Shown here piece by piece: positions 1 to 10,654 of a stretch of DNA of 64,000 nucleotides. Positions within the stretch are counted from its first letter, which is position 1. Each line of letters starts with the position of its first letter. This stretch comes from Podarcis muralis (Eukaryota): contig NC_135667.1 in the NCBI RefSeq assembly GCF_964188315.1, forward strand, positions 10,478,001 through 10,542,000. The letters run 5' to 3'. Position numbers and translations under genes: made by a program. The notes beneath the pieces are model-generated. The model was given only the letters and a program-made list of their open reading frames with translations. It ran no database searches and was not told the DNA's origin.

Positions 1-2934
1 CGGCCAAGCCTCCTAGGGCTAGACTGGTTTGATGCCCTCGGCCTGGAAGTCACCGGCATCAACTGCATCTCTAACGCAGAGACTGAGGGTCTGGTCAAAG
101 ACTTTGCCGAGGTTTTTGACGGCACCTTGGGCCAATATACAGGTACGCCCATCTCCTTTAGCCTGGATCCACAAGTCGCCCCCATCAAGCTAAAGCCACG
201 CCGGGTTCCCTTTGCTCTCAAGGCTAAGGTGGACGAACAACTGGACAAACTGATCGCCCAAGGAGTTTTGGAGCCGGTTGACCACGCAAAGTGGGAAACC
301 CCCATCGTCACGCCTGTCAAGCCAGATGGGTCGGTGAGAATCTGCGCTGACTACAAGTGCACGATCAACAAGGCACTTCAGCAGCACGCTTATCCGGTTC
401 CTGTTGTCCAACACCTGCTGCATTCCCTGGGTGAGGGTAAGGTCTTCGCTAAGCTGGACCTTGCCCAAGCCTATCAACAACTGCCAGTCGATGATGCCAC
501 TGCTGAAGCCCAGACGATCGTCACCCACCGGGGGGCATTCCGTTGCCGCCGGTTGCAGTTCGGGGTGAGTGTGGCTCCTGGCATCTTCCAAGGCCTTATG
601 GAGCGTCTCCTGCAAGGGCTTCCGGGCGTGGTACCATATTTTGATGACGTCTTGGTGTCTGCAGACTCACACCAGCAGCTGTTCGAGCGCCTCCGTGCCG
701 TGCTGACCAGGTTCCAGGAGGCCGGGCTCAAGGTAAAAAGGGAGAAGTGCCAGATCGCCGTTCCACAGGTAGAGTTCCTGGGCTATCTTATCGATGCCTC
801 CGGTCTTCATCCAACCACATCCAAGATCCGCGCTATCCAGCAGGCCCCCACTCCAAAGAACAAAACGGAGTTGCAGGCGTTCCTGGGGCTGCTGAACTTT
901 TATAACATGTTCCTGCCCCACAAAGCCACAGTGGCTGAGCCTCTTCACCGACTCCTTAGCACTAAGACGCCTTGGGCCTGGGGTCATCGGGAGACGGCGG
1001 CTTTCAACGCGGTCAAGGCTCTCCTTTCTTCGGACAGTGTGCTGGTACAGTACAGTGAATCCAGGCCGCTGGTCCTTGCCTGCGACGCCTCACCTTTTGG
1101 CATCGGGGCTGTCCTTAGTCACCGTTTTCCAGATGGAAGAGAAGCACCGCTCGCCTACTTTTCCAGGACACTATCTCCGACGGAACGGAATTACAGCCAG
1201 CTCGACAAGGAGGCATTGGCACTTGTGGCTGGAGTGAAGAGGTTTCATGAATACCTCTATGGCAGGACTTTTGACCTCATCACTGACCACAAGCCACTCC
1301 TGGGCCTCCTCGCCGGTGATCGTCCAACTCCACCGGTCCTCTCACCACGCATGCTGCGATGGACTGTTTTCCTGGCTGCCTACCACTACCGGCTCATCCA
1401 CCGCCCGGGGAAATCGATGGGCCATGCCGACGCCCTCAGCCGTTGCCCTCTTCCAGCATTTGTGGAAGACCCGGCTCCAGCTTCATCGCTCCTTCTGATT
1501 GAGGATCTTCCGGCAGCGCCTGTGTCGGCTGCCACTGTGGCCTCCGCATCTGCCCAGGATCGCACCATCAGCCGGGTGCTCAACTGGGTGTGGAGGGGGT
1601 GGCCACAAGGGCCCTTTGCATCGGAATTCCAGCCCTTCGCAACCAGACAACATGAACTCTCAGCTCATCGCGGCTGTCTGCTGTGGGGAGACCGCGTCGT
1701 GATTCCCCAGGGACTCCGTCAGCGCGTCCTGGAGGCTCTGCACGTTGGCCACCCGGGAATTGTCAAAATGAAGGCGTTGGCTCGGTGTTACGTCTGGTGG
1801 CCTAATATGGACGATGCCATCACTGCCTGGGTGTCCGCCTGTCAAGCGTGCCAGGAGTCGAGGCCTGCACCACCGGCAGCTAAGGGATACACGTGGGAGA
1901 CGCCAAAGACACCCTGGTCGAGGGTGCACATCGATCTGGCTGGCCCCTTTCACGGCCGGACCTTTATGGTAGTGGTGGACGCCTATTCCAAATGGCTGGA
2001 GGTCGCCCTGATGCCCTCCACCACTACCGAAGCTGTCATCCGGGTGCTGCGAGGCCTGTTTGCAACGCATGGGTGTCCTGATGTCCTTGTCTCTGACAAC
2101 GGACCGCAGTTCACATCAGGCACGTTTGAGCGGTATCTTTTGGGACTGGGCATCCGCCATGCCCTAACGGCACCCTTTCATCCATCCAGCAACGGGCAAG
2201 CGGAAAGAATGGTGCGCTCGACAAAAGAGGCACTGGCGCGCCTGGACCGGGGAGACTGGCATGAGCGGGTCGCCGAATACTTGTTCGCGCAACACATCAC
2301 CCCTCATGCGGCCACAGGGAGGAGTCCTGCGGAACTGCTTATGGGCCGCCGCCTCAGGTCACCGCTCGACCGGCTACACCCAGACTTTGCCGTGGCTGAA
2401 CCCCCAGGCTGTGCCAACGCACCACGGTCATTTGTCCCAGGAAACCAGGTCTTTGCCCGGAACTATGTGGGGGACATCCCTTGGGTGCCAGCCACAGTAG
2501 TGGGAGTCACTGGACCTCGCTCGTACCAGGTGGCACTCGAAGACGGGCGCTTGTGGCGACGGCACATAGACCAACTTAGGCGCAGGGTTGGGGACTTGGA
2601 CACTACCGAGGTGCCCCCAACTGCGCTTGCGGCTCCAGAAGAGACACGTACAGATGGCGAGGCTCCACCTACACCTCCCTCGCAAACTGCCAGCGTGGAG
2701 CCGAACCAAGCCGTCTCAGAACAGACTCAGACCACTCCACTTGCGGAGGCTCCACTCACAGCAGCGGATCCAGGGGAGTTGGTTCCAACGCCACCTAGGG
2801 TCGCACCACAGCCTCAGCGAGAACTGTGTGGCCCTCCGGACTTGGCTACCAGTCCCCGGCGGTCTGGCAGAGTTTCCAAGCGCCCAACTCATTTAAAGGA
2901 CTATGTTGTTGGACAGGTATCACTGTTGGTCTAA
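1..2934 (+). CDS. Ty3/Gypsy LTR retrotransposon pol (end of protease, RT, RNase H, integrase), 5'-truncated by the window edge
   Basis: Frame is open from base 1 (RPSLLGLDWF, protease C-terminus) to the stop at 2934. RT YFDD; RNase H CDAS, NYSQLDKEALA and TDHKPL; integrase GHPG..C..C, IDLAG, SDNG and ERMV. Confidence 0.95.
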   Translation, partial: RPSLLGLDWFDALGLEVTGINCISNAETEGLVKDFAEVFDGTLGQYTGTPISFSLDPQVAPIKLKPRRVPFALKAKVDEQLDKLIAQGVLEPVDHAKWETPIVTPVKPDGSVRICADYKCTINKALQQHAYPVPVVQHLLHSLGEGKVFAKLDLAQAYQQLPVDDATAEAQTIVTHRGAFRCRRLQFGVSVAPGIFQGLMERLLQGLPGVVPYFDDVLVSADSHQQLFERLRAVLTRFQEAGLKVKREKCQIAVPQVEFLGYLIDASGLHPTTSKIRAIQQAPTPKNKTELQAFLGLLNFYNMFLPHKATVAEPLHRLLSTKTPWAWGHRETAAFNAVKALLSSDSVLVQYSESRPLVLACDASPFGIGAVLSHRFPDGREAPLAYFSRTLSPTERNYSQLDKEALALVAGVKRFHEYLYGRTFDLITDHKPLLGLLAGDRPTPPVLSPRMLRWTVFLAAYHYRLIHRPGKSMGHADALSRCPLPAFVEDPAPASSLLLIEDLPAAPVSAATVASASAQDRTISRVLNWVWRGWPQGPFASEFQPFATRQHELSAHRGCLLWGDRVVIPQGLRQRVLEALHVGHPGIVKMKALARCYVWWPNMDDAITAWVSACQACQESRPAPPAAKGYTWETPKTPWSRVHIDLAGPFHGRTFMVVVDAYSKWLEVALMPSTTTEAVIRVLRGLFATHGCPDVLVSDNGPQFTSGTFERYLLGLGIRHALTAPFHPSSNGQAERMVRSTKEALARLDRGDWHERVAEYLFAQHITPHAATGRSPAELLMGRRLRSPLDRLHPDFAVAEPPGCANAPRSFVPGNQVFARNYVGDIPWVPATVVGVTGPRSYQVALEDGRLWRRHIDQLRRRVGDLDTTEVPPTALAAPEETRTDGEAPPTPPSQTASVEPNQAVSEQTQTTPLAEAPLTAADPGELVPTPPRVAPQPQRELCGPPDLATSPRRSGRVSKRPTHLKDYVVGQVSLLV

Positions 2935-3047
2935 GTATGGGAAATGTAACCGATATGCTTTTGTGCCTAATTGAACCATTACGCGTAGTGCTGTATATAA
3001 GGAAACCATTACGATTGTAACTAACGCCTTATCTCGGTGGGGAGGGG

Positions 3048-3312
3048 TGTTATGTAGTGTAGTTTCACCCTGGGCCAACAGGGGGATACTGTATATAGTT
3101 TTCACTCAGGTCTGTAGATAGTTTTCACTCAGGTCCGCGGCAGTTATTTTAGGCGGGAACTCTGGGCTGTTGTGGTTACAATGTGACAGCCGGCTGCCTA
3201 TAAATACAGGCCGGCTGAGCTGTTCACAGTCAGTTCTATTCCAGCTTACCATAATAAAGAGCTACTTGAAGAGATCGCTGTGCCGGCTGCTATGTCAACC
3301 CACGACTTAACA
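3048..3312 (+). mobile_element. 3' LTR of the Gypsy element (265 bp)
   Basis: Follows the polypurine tract GGTGGGGAGGGG (3036-3047). Termini TGTTA...TAACA; TATAAA and AATAAA inside; internal 23-bp tandem duplication at 3089-3134. Confidence 0.9.
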
Positions 3313-3340
3313 CAAAGATACCATTTTCTTCTTCTTTTTT

Positions 3341-3613
3341 GAGAGCCAGTGTGGTGTAGTGGTTAAGAGCGGTAGTCTCGTAATCTGGGGAACCGGGTTC
3401 ATGTCTCCGCTCCTCCACATGCAGCTGCTGGGTGACCTTGGGCCAGTCACACTTCTCTGAAGTCTCTCAGCCCCACTCACCTCACAGAGTGTTTGTTGTG
3501 GGGGAGGAAGGGAAAGGAGATTGTTAGCCGCTTTGAGACTCCTTAAAGGGAGTGAAAGGCAGGATATCAAATCCAAACTCTTCTTCTTCTTCTTCTTCTT
3601 CTTCTTCTTCTTC
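3341..3613 (+). mobile_element. Squam3-type (Ther1/MIR-derived) tRNA SINE
   Basis: tRNA-like head GCCAGTGTGGTGTAGTGGTTAAGAGC and (CTT)n tail; homologous copies at 4060 and 46640. Confidence 0.85.
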
Positions 3614-4059
3614 TAGTATTGATTTTATGTGCTTAGCTTTTCATATAAGCTTCATTTTGCCTCGTTAGAATCAAAGGTACCATTTTCTTCTTCTTTTTTG
3701 CATTTGGGGAAAGGGAGATACTGTTGTTCTGGTAAGCCATACTCTTTTTATACTAAAATTACAAGCATGTTGTTACTCTGTCCGCTGTGTAAGAAGTAAG
3801 AAGAAGAAGCTGGTCCTTTATTTACTGAATAATATGCAAATGGCTACTAGCTGAACCTGAGAAAATCCAAATAATTAAGCACCTGTGCTATCATTGGCAT
3901 GTGCCACTGGTTGCACCAACAGGACAATCCTAGACTTGTTTACTCCAGAAAAGGTATTATCTTATAGCTCCATGGGTCTTGATCCCTGGCAAGTGGCTTG
4001 ATGATTGCAGCCTCCATGCTTATTAATCTGTTCTCTGTTGTGGGGTATTCCCCCTTCTC

Positions 4060-4317
4060 TTGTGGTGAAGAGCAGTAGACTCGTAAGCCGGTGAACTGGG
4101 TTCGCGTCTCCACTCCCCCACATGCAGCTGCTGGGTGACCTTGGGCTAGTCACACTTCTTTGAAGTCTCTCAGCCTCACTCACCTCACAGAGTGTTTGTT
4201 TTTTTTTGGGGGGGGGCAGAAAGGAGAATGTTAGCTGCTTTGAGACTCCTTTAGATAGTCATAAAGTGGGATATCAAATCCAAACTCCTCCTCCTCTTCT
4301 TCTTCTTTTTCTTCTTC
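4060..4317 (+). mobile_element. Squam3-type SINE ending at an OR splice acceptor
   Basis: Homologous to 3341-3613; the (CTC/CTT)n tail runs directly into CAG at 4317-4319. Confidence 0.85.
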
Positions 4318-4319
4318 AG

Positions 4320-5271
4320 GGATAGGTCCCATGGAGAAAACCTCACGGTGGTGACCCACTTCATCCTCCTTGGTATCCCCCATACAGAAGGTCTCCAGAA
4401 CATCCTCTTCCCTGTCTTCTTACTCTTCTACATGTGCACTTTGCTGGGGAACCTATTGATCATGACGGCTGTCCTGACTGACTCCCGTCTTCACACCCCC
4501 ATGTACTTCTTCCTTTTCAACCTCTCCATCCTTGACATTGGGTTCTCTTCCGTTAGCACCCCAAAGATGTTGGCCAACCTTTGGGGGCAAAGCAGAGTCA
4601 TACCGCTGGGCGGATGTGTATGCCAGGTCTTCTTCTACCATTTCCTAGGGAGCACTGAATGCCTCCTTTATACCGTCATGGCCTACGACAGATACGTCGC
4701 CATCTGTCACCCACTGCGCTATCTCATCATCATGAACTGGAAGGTATGTGCCATCTTGGCTGCTGGCACATGGGTCACCAGCTCCTTCCATGCCACCATC
4801 CTCACAACCTTGACTTTCACCCTACCCTATTGTGGGCCCAGTGAAGTGGACTACTTTTTCTGCGACATCTTTCCCGTCGTCAAGTTGGCTTGCGCCGACA
4901 CCCTCATCATCGAGACGGTCAGCTTCACCAACATTGGTGTTGTGCCCATGACCTGCTTCATCCTCATCCTCACATCCTATGTTCGCATTGTCTACTCTGT
5001 CCTGAGGATGAGTTCCGGGGAAGGACGGCGCAAGGCAGCCTCTACCTGTGCCTCACATTTGACTGTGGTCACCCTCTTCTTTGGCCCCTGTGCTTTGATC
5101 TATACTCAGCCATCTCTAAGTGAAATCTTGGTGACCCCTGTGCAGATCTTTGGCAATGTGGTGACACCCATGCTCAACCCAGTCATTTACACACTTCGGA
5201 ACAAAGAAGTGAAAGCAGCTTTGACTAAGCTGACAGGGGCAAAGAGAGTGACTCAGACTATAACTCACTAG
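4320..5271 (+). CDS. Olfactory receptor, OR10D-like, main coding exon without an in-frame ATG at its 5' end
   Basis: LHTPMY, MAYDRYVAIC, STCASH and PMLNPVIYTLRN motifs. Frame opens after ttcag| as G GAT AGG TCC CAT GGA GAA AAC CTC ACG (N-x-T sequon). Confidence 0.9.
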
Positions 5272-5273
5272 CT

Positions 5274-6232
5274 CAGTGGTTTCCAATTACCGCCCCCCGA
5301 CCACTTAAAAATTGCTGAGGGTCTTGACAGACCACTTAACGATTTTACTGCCTCTTGTAGCCATTGTGATGCACTGTTTTTAGTTGTATTTTTATTGCTT
5401 CTTTTATTTATTTTTACCTTGTTTTTTATTGTATGACCTATGAATTTAAAATATAATGCAATAAATATAAGAGATAAAAGAAGCAATATAAACACAATTT
5501 AAAAAATCAATATGAATAGGTAATAGGTAAATGGTAAAGGACTTCTGGACAGTTAAGTACAGTCAAAGGTGACTATTGGGTGCAATGTTTGTCTGGCTTT
5601 CAGGCTGAGGGAGCCAGCGTTTGTCCACTGATAGCTTTCCGGGTCATATGGCCAGCATGACTTAACTGCTTCTGGTGCAACGGAACACCATGACGGAAAC
5701 CAGAGCACACGGAAACTCCATTTACCTTCCTGCTACAGCAGTACCTATGTATCTACTTGCACTGGCATGCTTTCAAACTGCTAGGTTGGCAGAAGCTGGG
5801 ACAGAGCAACAGGAGCTCATTCTGTTCCAGGGATTTGAACCGCCGACCTTCTGAGCAGCAAGCCCAAGAGGCTCAATGGTTTAGACCACTGCGCCACCCA
5901 CATCCCCTGAATATGTAATGCAGACATGCCACAGGCCACCTGAATGAAGCTTGTGGACAACTGACTCATAGACCACATTTATCACTTCTTCAATTTCTTA
6001 TATTGTATTTTTATTGTGTTGCCATATGAATTCCATAGAATGCAATATAAAATGCAATACTAAATATTCAAATGCAATATAAGAAAGAAAAGAAGCAATA
6101 AAAGTACTATTAAAAATTAAGATGAATAGTGAATGTGCTGCGCTCGCCATTCACAGCCACTGCTTCAATCACTCTTCCCAGACACACAGCATGAACCCAC
6201 CTGAATAACAGACCACAATTTGAGAACCACTC
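5274..6232. mobile_element. hAT-like non-autonomous element with a nested Sauria SINE
   Basis: Ends CAGTGGTTTCCAA / TTGAGAACCACTC; 8-bp TSD CACTAGCT / CACTAGTT. Confidence 0.65.
5526..5907 (-). mobile_element. Sauria SINE
   Basis: Homologous to the other copies; (ACCTTT)-type tail on the minus strand. Confidence 0.85.
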
Positions 6233-6774
6233 CACTAGTTCATTGAGGTTGCCATAGCTAGAGTGTGAGCTGTTGACAAGAAAACCCCGGGTTCAAATCA
6301 GCCGGTTGTTCATTTGATGACCTTAATCAAGACACTTTTTCCTCATTTCAGCCTGCTTTAAAGGACTTTAAAAGCCTGTGTGTCTGATTCTTCTTTTATT
6401 TTTGATAAAGTACACACTGGGATTTTAAAAAACTTTATTAAGTGTGCATTTTTGTGATAAATTCGACAGTTAAAATGTGAATTTGGCGTGGGTATTAAAA
6501 TGCAGATTAATGTAGAACAAGGAAATAAAATATTTTGGAATGAACACCAGGGAAATTGGCATGGACCAGAGGTACACTGATTTATCCATTCTTTGTTGTA
6601 TACAGACGTGCCTAAGAGCCAAGCAAAAAGCAAAAGTCAGATTAGCTGGGATGCTAAGGAATGGTTTTAATGCTCTGAGGAGAACAGCAAGAGGGGTGTG
6701 AGGGAGACAACGCTGAAAACAATAGTGGAATATTTATAAAAGATTGGGAGGATGCTGAGGGGGAGAATAAAGTT

Positions 6775-6833
6775 TGTTTGTTTGTTTGTTTGTTTGTTTG
6801 TTTGTTTGTTTGTTTGTTTGTTTGTTTGTTTGT
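6775..6833. repeat. (GTTT)n microsatellite
   Basis: Direct reading. Confidence 0.95.
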
Positions 6834-8506
6834 TAGTTAGTTAAAGTAGTCAGATACCGCCTATTACAATCTGCCTCAAGGCAGTGTAGAAGTTAAAAAT
6901 GATGAAAGACGGACATCACAAAAATATAAATAAAATACAGCTGATGATGCAAGAGCATTGTGTTATACCTGACATTAAACTCTTTGAAAAGCTTGAGTGG
7001 ACAGGTATGCTTTTCACAATGGCCAAAAAACACACATCAACATTGGCACATGTCAAAGCTCTGCGGGAAGATGATTCCACATAATGGAGGCCACTGCAGA
7101 GAAGGTCTGCTAACTGAGATTGTGGCACAACCAACAGGCTTAACGCAGCTGAGCTCAATGCTTAGGCAGGGCAATGGAATGAGAGAAGCTCTTGCAAGTA
7201 TTCTGGTCCCAAGTTGTTCACAATAAATAAATGTTGGTGATTGCCACACCATGGAAAGCTTTGTGACAGATCTCATATGGCCCAAATGGCACCACATATG
7301 GAGCCATTCAACAGAGAACAGAAGTCTTCAAGGAAAACCAGAGGAAAACTATTTTGTAGCCAGTGAAGCATGTTTTGTGGGCAGTGTAAACTGTGTTGTG
7401 CTCTTGAGGATATGCTATCTTGGAACCTCTTTCAGAAACGACTAACTCAGTTCCTGACTGAGATGCAGTAGCCATGTAACCTCAAGGTCTTCCAGAAGGC
7501 TGAGAGTAAACACATAAGGTTTTAAAATACGTGAGAAGTGGATGAAAGACATGCGCACGTCAGAGCTCAGAAGGTCTGTAGACCTTTTTCTTAAATTTTC
7601 CAGGCTTTATTATGAAGTTAAAATAACAATCCAGTGAGAAATGTGATATTAAATAAACAAAAAAAGAATGAGAGAGAGAAACTGTACCAACCCATGGTAC
7701 ATGGGTTCATGGCCTTACCTCATAAAATTAAGCACCTTCTCAAGAGACCACACCGTGAATTAGATGTTGCAACAAAACCCAACCTGATGCAGAAAACAAA
7801 TGTTATGGATACCAAAGAAAGCTTCATTTCATTGGGATTTGCCATCCCCGTGACCGGCCTGTCAGATAACCAGTGCTTTTTTCTGGGGGGACGCAGGGAT
7901 ATGCATACCCCTAAACATTTTGCAAATCTTTGTACTTTTGTCCATTTACTGTATTTATTTTTCCCGATTTGAACTATAAAATGGTGGTTTTCTTGAGTGA
8001 AAATTAGAGTACCCCTAAGCATTTTTAAAGAAAAAAAGCACTGATAATAATAATAATTTATTATTTATACCCCGCCCATCTGGCTGGGTTATCCCAGCCA
8101 CTCTACAAATGGCCACCAAATGGAGGCAAAATCCATAGGTGTGACTGCACGCCAAAATGCCCTTAATTTACAAGTCAATTTCTCGGAAATGAGGGGAAAA
8201 CTTTATTAAACCAAAGATTTAAAGAAAAACCCGATGACTCTTTCCAGCCCTGCAGTCAAGCAAGCAGCTGTAGCCTTGCCTGCTTCAAGATCAGGTTGGT
8301 GGACTTATTTACTTTTCTAATCCATCCTGCTTTGTTAAAATAGAGGAAAATGTGTTTTTATAATAAAAGGGCTAAAGCAAGGCTCTGTTACAGAACAAGG
8401 TTGCTTGAGATTAGCGACCATCCTGCCCCCTGAAAATTTGAGGCTAGTAACAGTGCCGGTCCCCCACATTCTAGGGAAATGATATTGCTCGTGTAGGAGG
8501 TCCTAG

Positions 8507-8854
8507 GTAAAGGGACCCCTGACCATTAGGTCCAGTCGTGCCCAACTCTGGGGTTGCGGCGCTCATCTAGCTTTACTGGCCGAGGGAGCCGGCATACAGC
8601 TTCCAGGTCATGTGGCCAGCATGACTAAGCTGCTTCTGGCAAACCAGAGCAGCGCACAGAAACGCCGTTTACCTTCCTGCCAGAGCAGTACCTATTTATC
8701 TGCTTGCACTTTGACGTGCTTTCGAACTGCTAGGTTGGCAGCAGCTGGGACCAAGCAACAGGAGCTCACCCCGTCACGGGGAATCGAACTGCTGACCTTC
8801 TGATCGGCAAGCCCTGGGCTCTGTGGTTTAACTCACAGTGCCACCCGCGTCCCT
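8507..8854 (-). mobile_element. Full-length Sauria SINE
   Basis: 15-bp TSD TGTAGGAGGTCCTAG at 8492-8506 and 8855-8869. Confidence 0.9.
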
Positions 8855-9730
8855 TGTAGGAGGTCCTAGCCTCTCACATTTTCTGTTGAGCAACTTCTTC
8901 TGATGATACTTTGGGATTTTTTTAGCATCTGCCTCCTGGCAACATTTCTTATCCTCCGTCCCCATTTTTGGATGACTACAGACTTTTAAAGAGCATGAAG
9001 GTTGGTGCCTTGCCCCTCACATTCCCTGTGCCATTGGGTTGGTCATGTAGTACAGCTGTGGCCGGTGAGGCACCATTTTTCTCCTGGCTTCCCAACACAG
9101 TAAGTCACTGAGAGTGAAGTGGGATATGTGACGCACAGAGAGCTTGGCCTGGTGCAGTGCATGGCAGAGGGGCCCATCAAAGGATCCCAACACCACATGC
9201 TGCACCAGTCCAAGCTCCCTTCCCTTCTCGGTAAGCGCTCTATTAATAAGTTGGGAGAGCAACAGTGCCCCATCCATGTTGCTTCAGTGGCCACTTTCAG
9301 TGGCCAACCAGATGCCTCTGGGAAACTCGTAAGCAGGACCAGAACGCAAGGTCACTCTCTCCTCCTGTGGTTTTCAGCAACTGGTATTAACAAGCATTAC
9401 TGCTTCTGACTGTGAAAGCCCAGCATAGCAATCATGGTTAATAGCTATGGACCTTGGTTCAGCAGCCTCTCATCTCCCAGTGTCAGATTCACTGGGTACC
9501 TAAATCAGTGGCCCTGTAGATTCTGATTTGGTGTCCTGGTCACTGCTGGACTCCAGACTCATGAAACCTCTCACTCTAATGTTTCACAAGATTCATCCCC
9601 ATTCCTGTGAGCTGATTACATCCGCAAACAATTGTTTACAAAGAATAGCTTCTCACATCGAGGGATTCCATGGCAGATACCAGCCTGCGCTGCAACCCAT
9701 TGCACCACATGGACCTCACAGAGCTCCATA

Positions 9731-10654
9731 CTAGAGTGCCCTCCCCGTCAGTTTTAGAAGGGCAACTTTTATATCTTTGTTCCTTAGAGTATAGATTATG
9801 GGGTTCAGAAGTGGAGTCAGTGAAGTGTAGAACACAGCCACTACCCCGTCCAATGGATCCTGCGATCCTGGTCTCAGATAAATGAAAACAAGTGGCACAT
9901 AATAAGTCACCACCGCAGTAAGATGAGCTGAGCAGGTGGAGAATGCTCGCCAGCGCCCTTCAGTGCTGCGGATTTTCAGTATGGCAGATAAAATGTACGT
10001 GTAGGAAGTCAGGATGAGAAAGAAGCAAGTGGTGGCTACAAAGCCAACATCAACCATGGTTACCACCTCGTTGAGTGCCGTGTCAGCACAAACCAGCTTC
10101 AGCACTGCCGGGATATCACAGAAGATATAGTTCACCTGGTTTCTCCACCCAAAAGGCAGGCGGAAAACAAGGGCTGTCTCCATCACAGAGTGAAGACAGC
10201 CACCAAGCCAGGTACCCATGGCGAAGAAGATGCATGTCCTACGGTTCATGATGGTGCCATAATGGAGTGGCTTGCAAATGGCCAGGAAACGGTCATAGGC
10301 CATCAGAGTGTAGAGGAAGCATTCCGTGCAGCCCAGGAAGTGGAAGAAGAAAAGTTGGCACACACAGCCCCCAAAAGAGATGCTCCCACCACCCTCTAGA
10401 AACCCAGCAATCACCTTGGGGACAATCACAGTGGAGACCGTCATGTCCAAGAAGGACAGGTGGCAAAGGAACCAGTACATGGGCTTGTGGAGCTGGGGAT
10501 TGGACATCACAACCAACAAAATCAGAAAGTTTCCGAGGAGGGTCAGTAAGTAGATAAGCAGGAAGAAGATGAATAAAGGACCCACCAAGTTCTTGGGGTA
10601 TGGAAAGCCAACAAGGACAAACTCGGTCAATGGAGTTTGATTTTTGTATTCCAT
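9731..10654 (-). CDS. Olfactory receptor, OR10G2-like (307 aa)
   Basis: Intact ORF MEYKNQT...; MAYDRFLAIC and YYVPLVFIYLRPGSQDPLDG resemble mammalian OR10G2 as recalled; acceptor tacag| lies 2 nt before the ATG. Confidence 0.93.
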   Translation of the reverse strand: MEYKNQTPLTEFVLVGFPYPKNLVGPLFIFFLLIYLLTLLGNFLILLVVMSNPQLHKPMYWFLCHLSFLDMTVSTVIVPKVIAGFLEGGGSISFGGCVCQLFFFHFLGCTECFLYTLMAYDRFLAICKPLHYGTIMNRRTCIFFAMGTWLGGCLHSVMETALVFRLPFGWRNQVNYIFCDIPAVLKLVCADTALNEVVTMVDVGFVATTCFFLILTSYTYILSAILKIRSTEGRWRAFSTCSAHLTAVVTYYVPLVFIYLRPGSQDPLDGVVAVFYTSLTPLLNPIIYTLRNKDIKVALLKLTGRAL

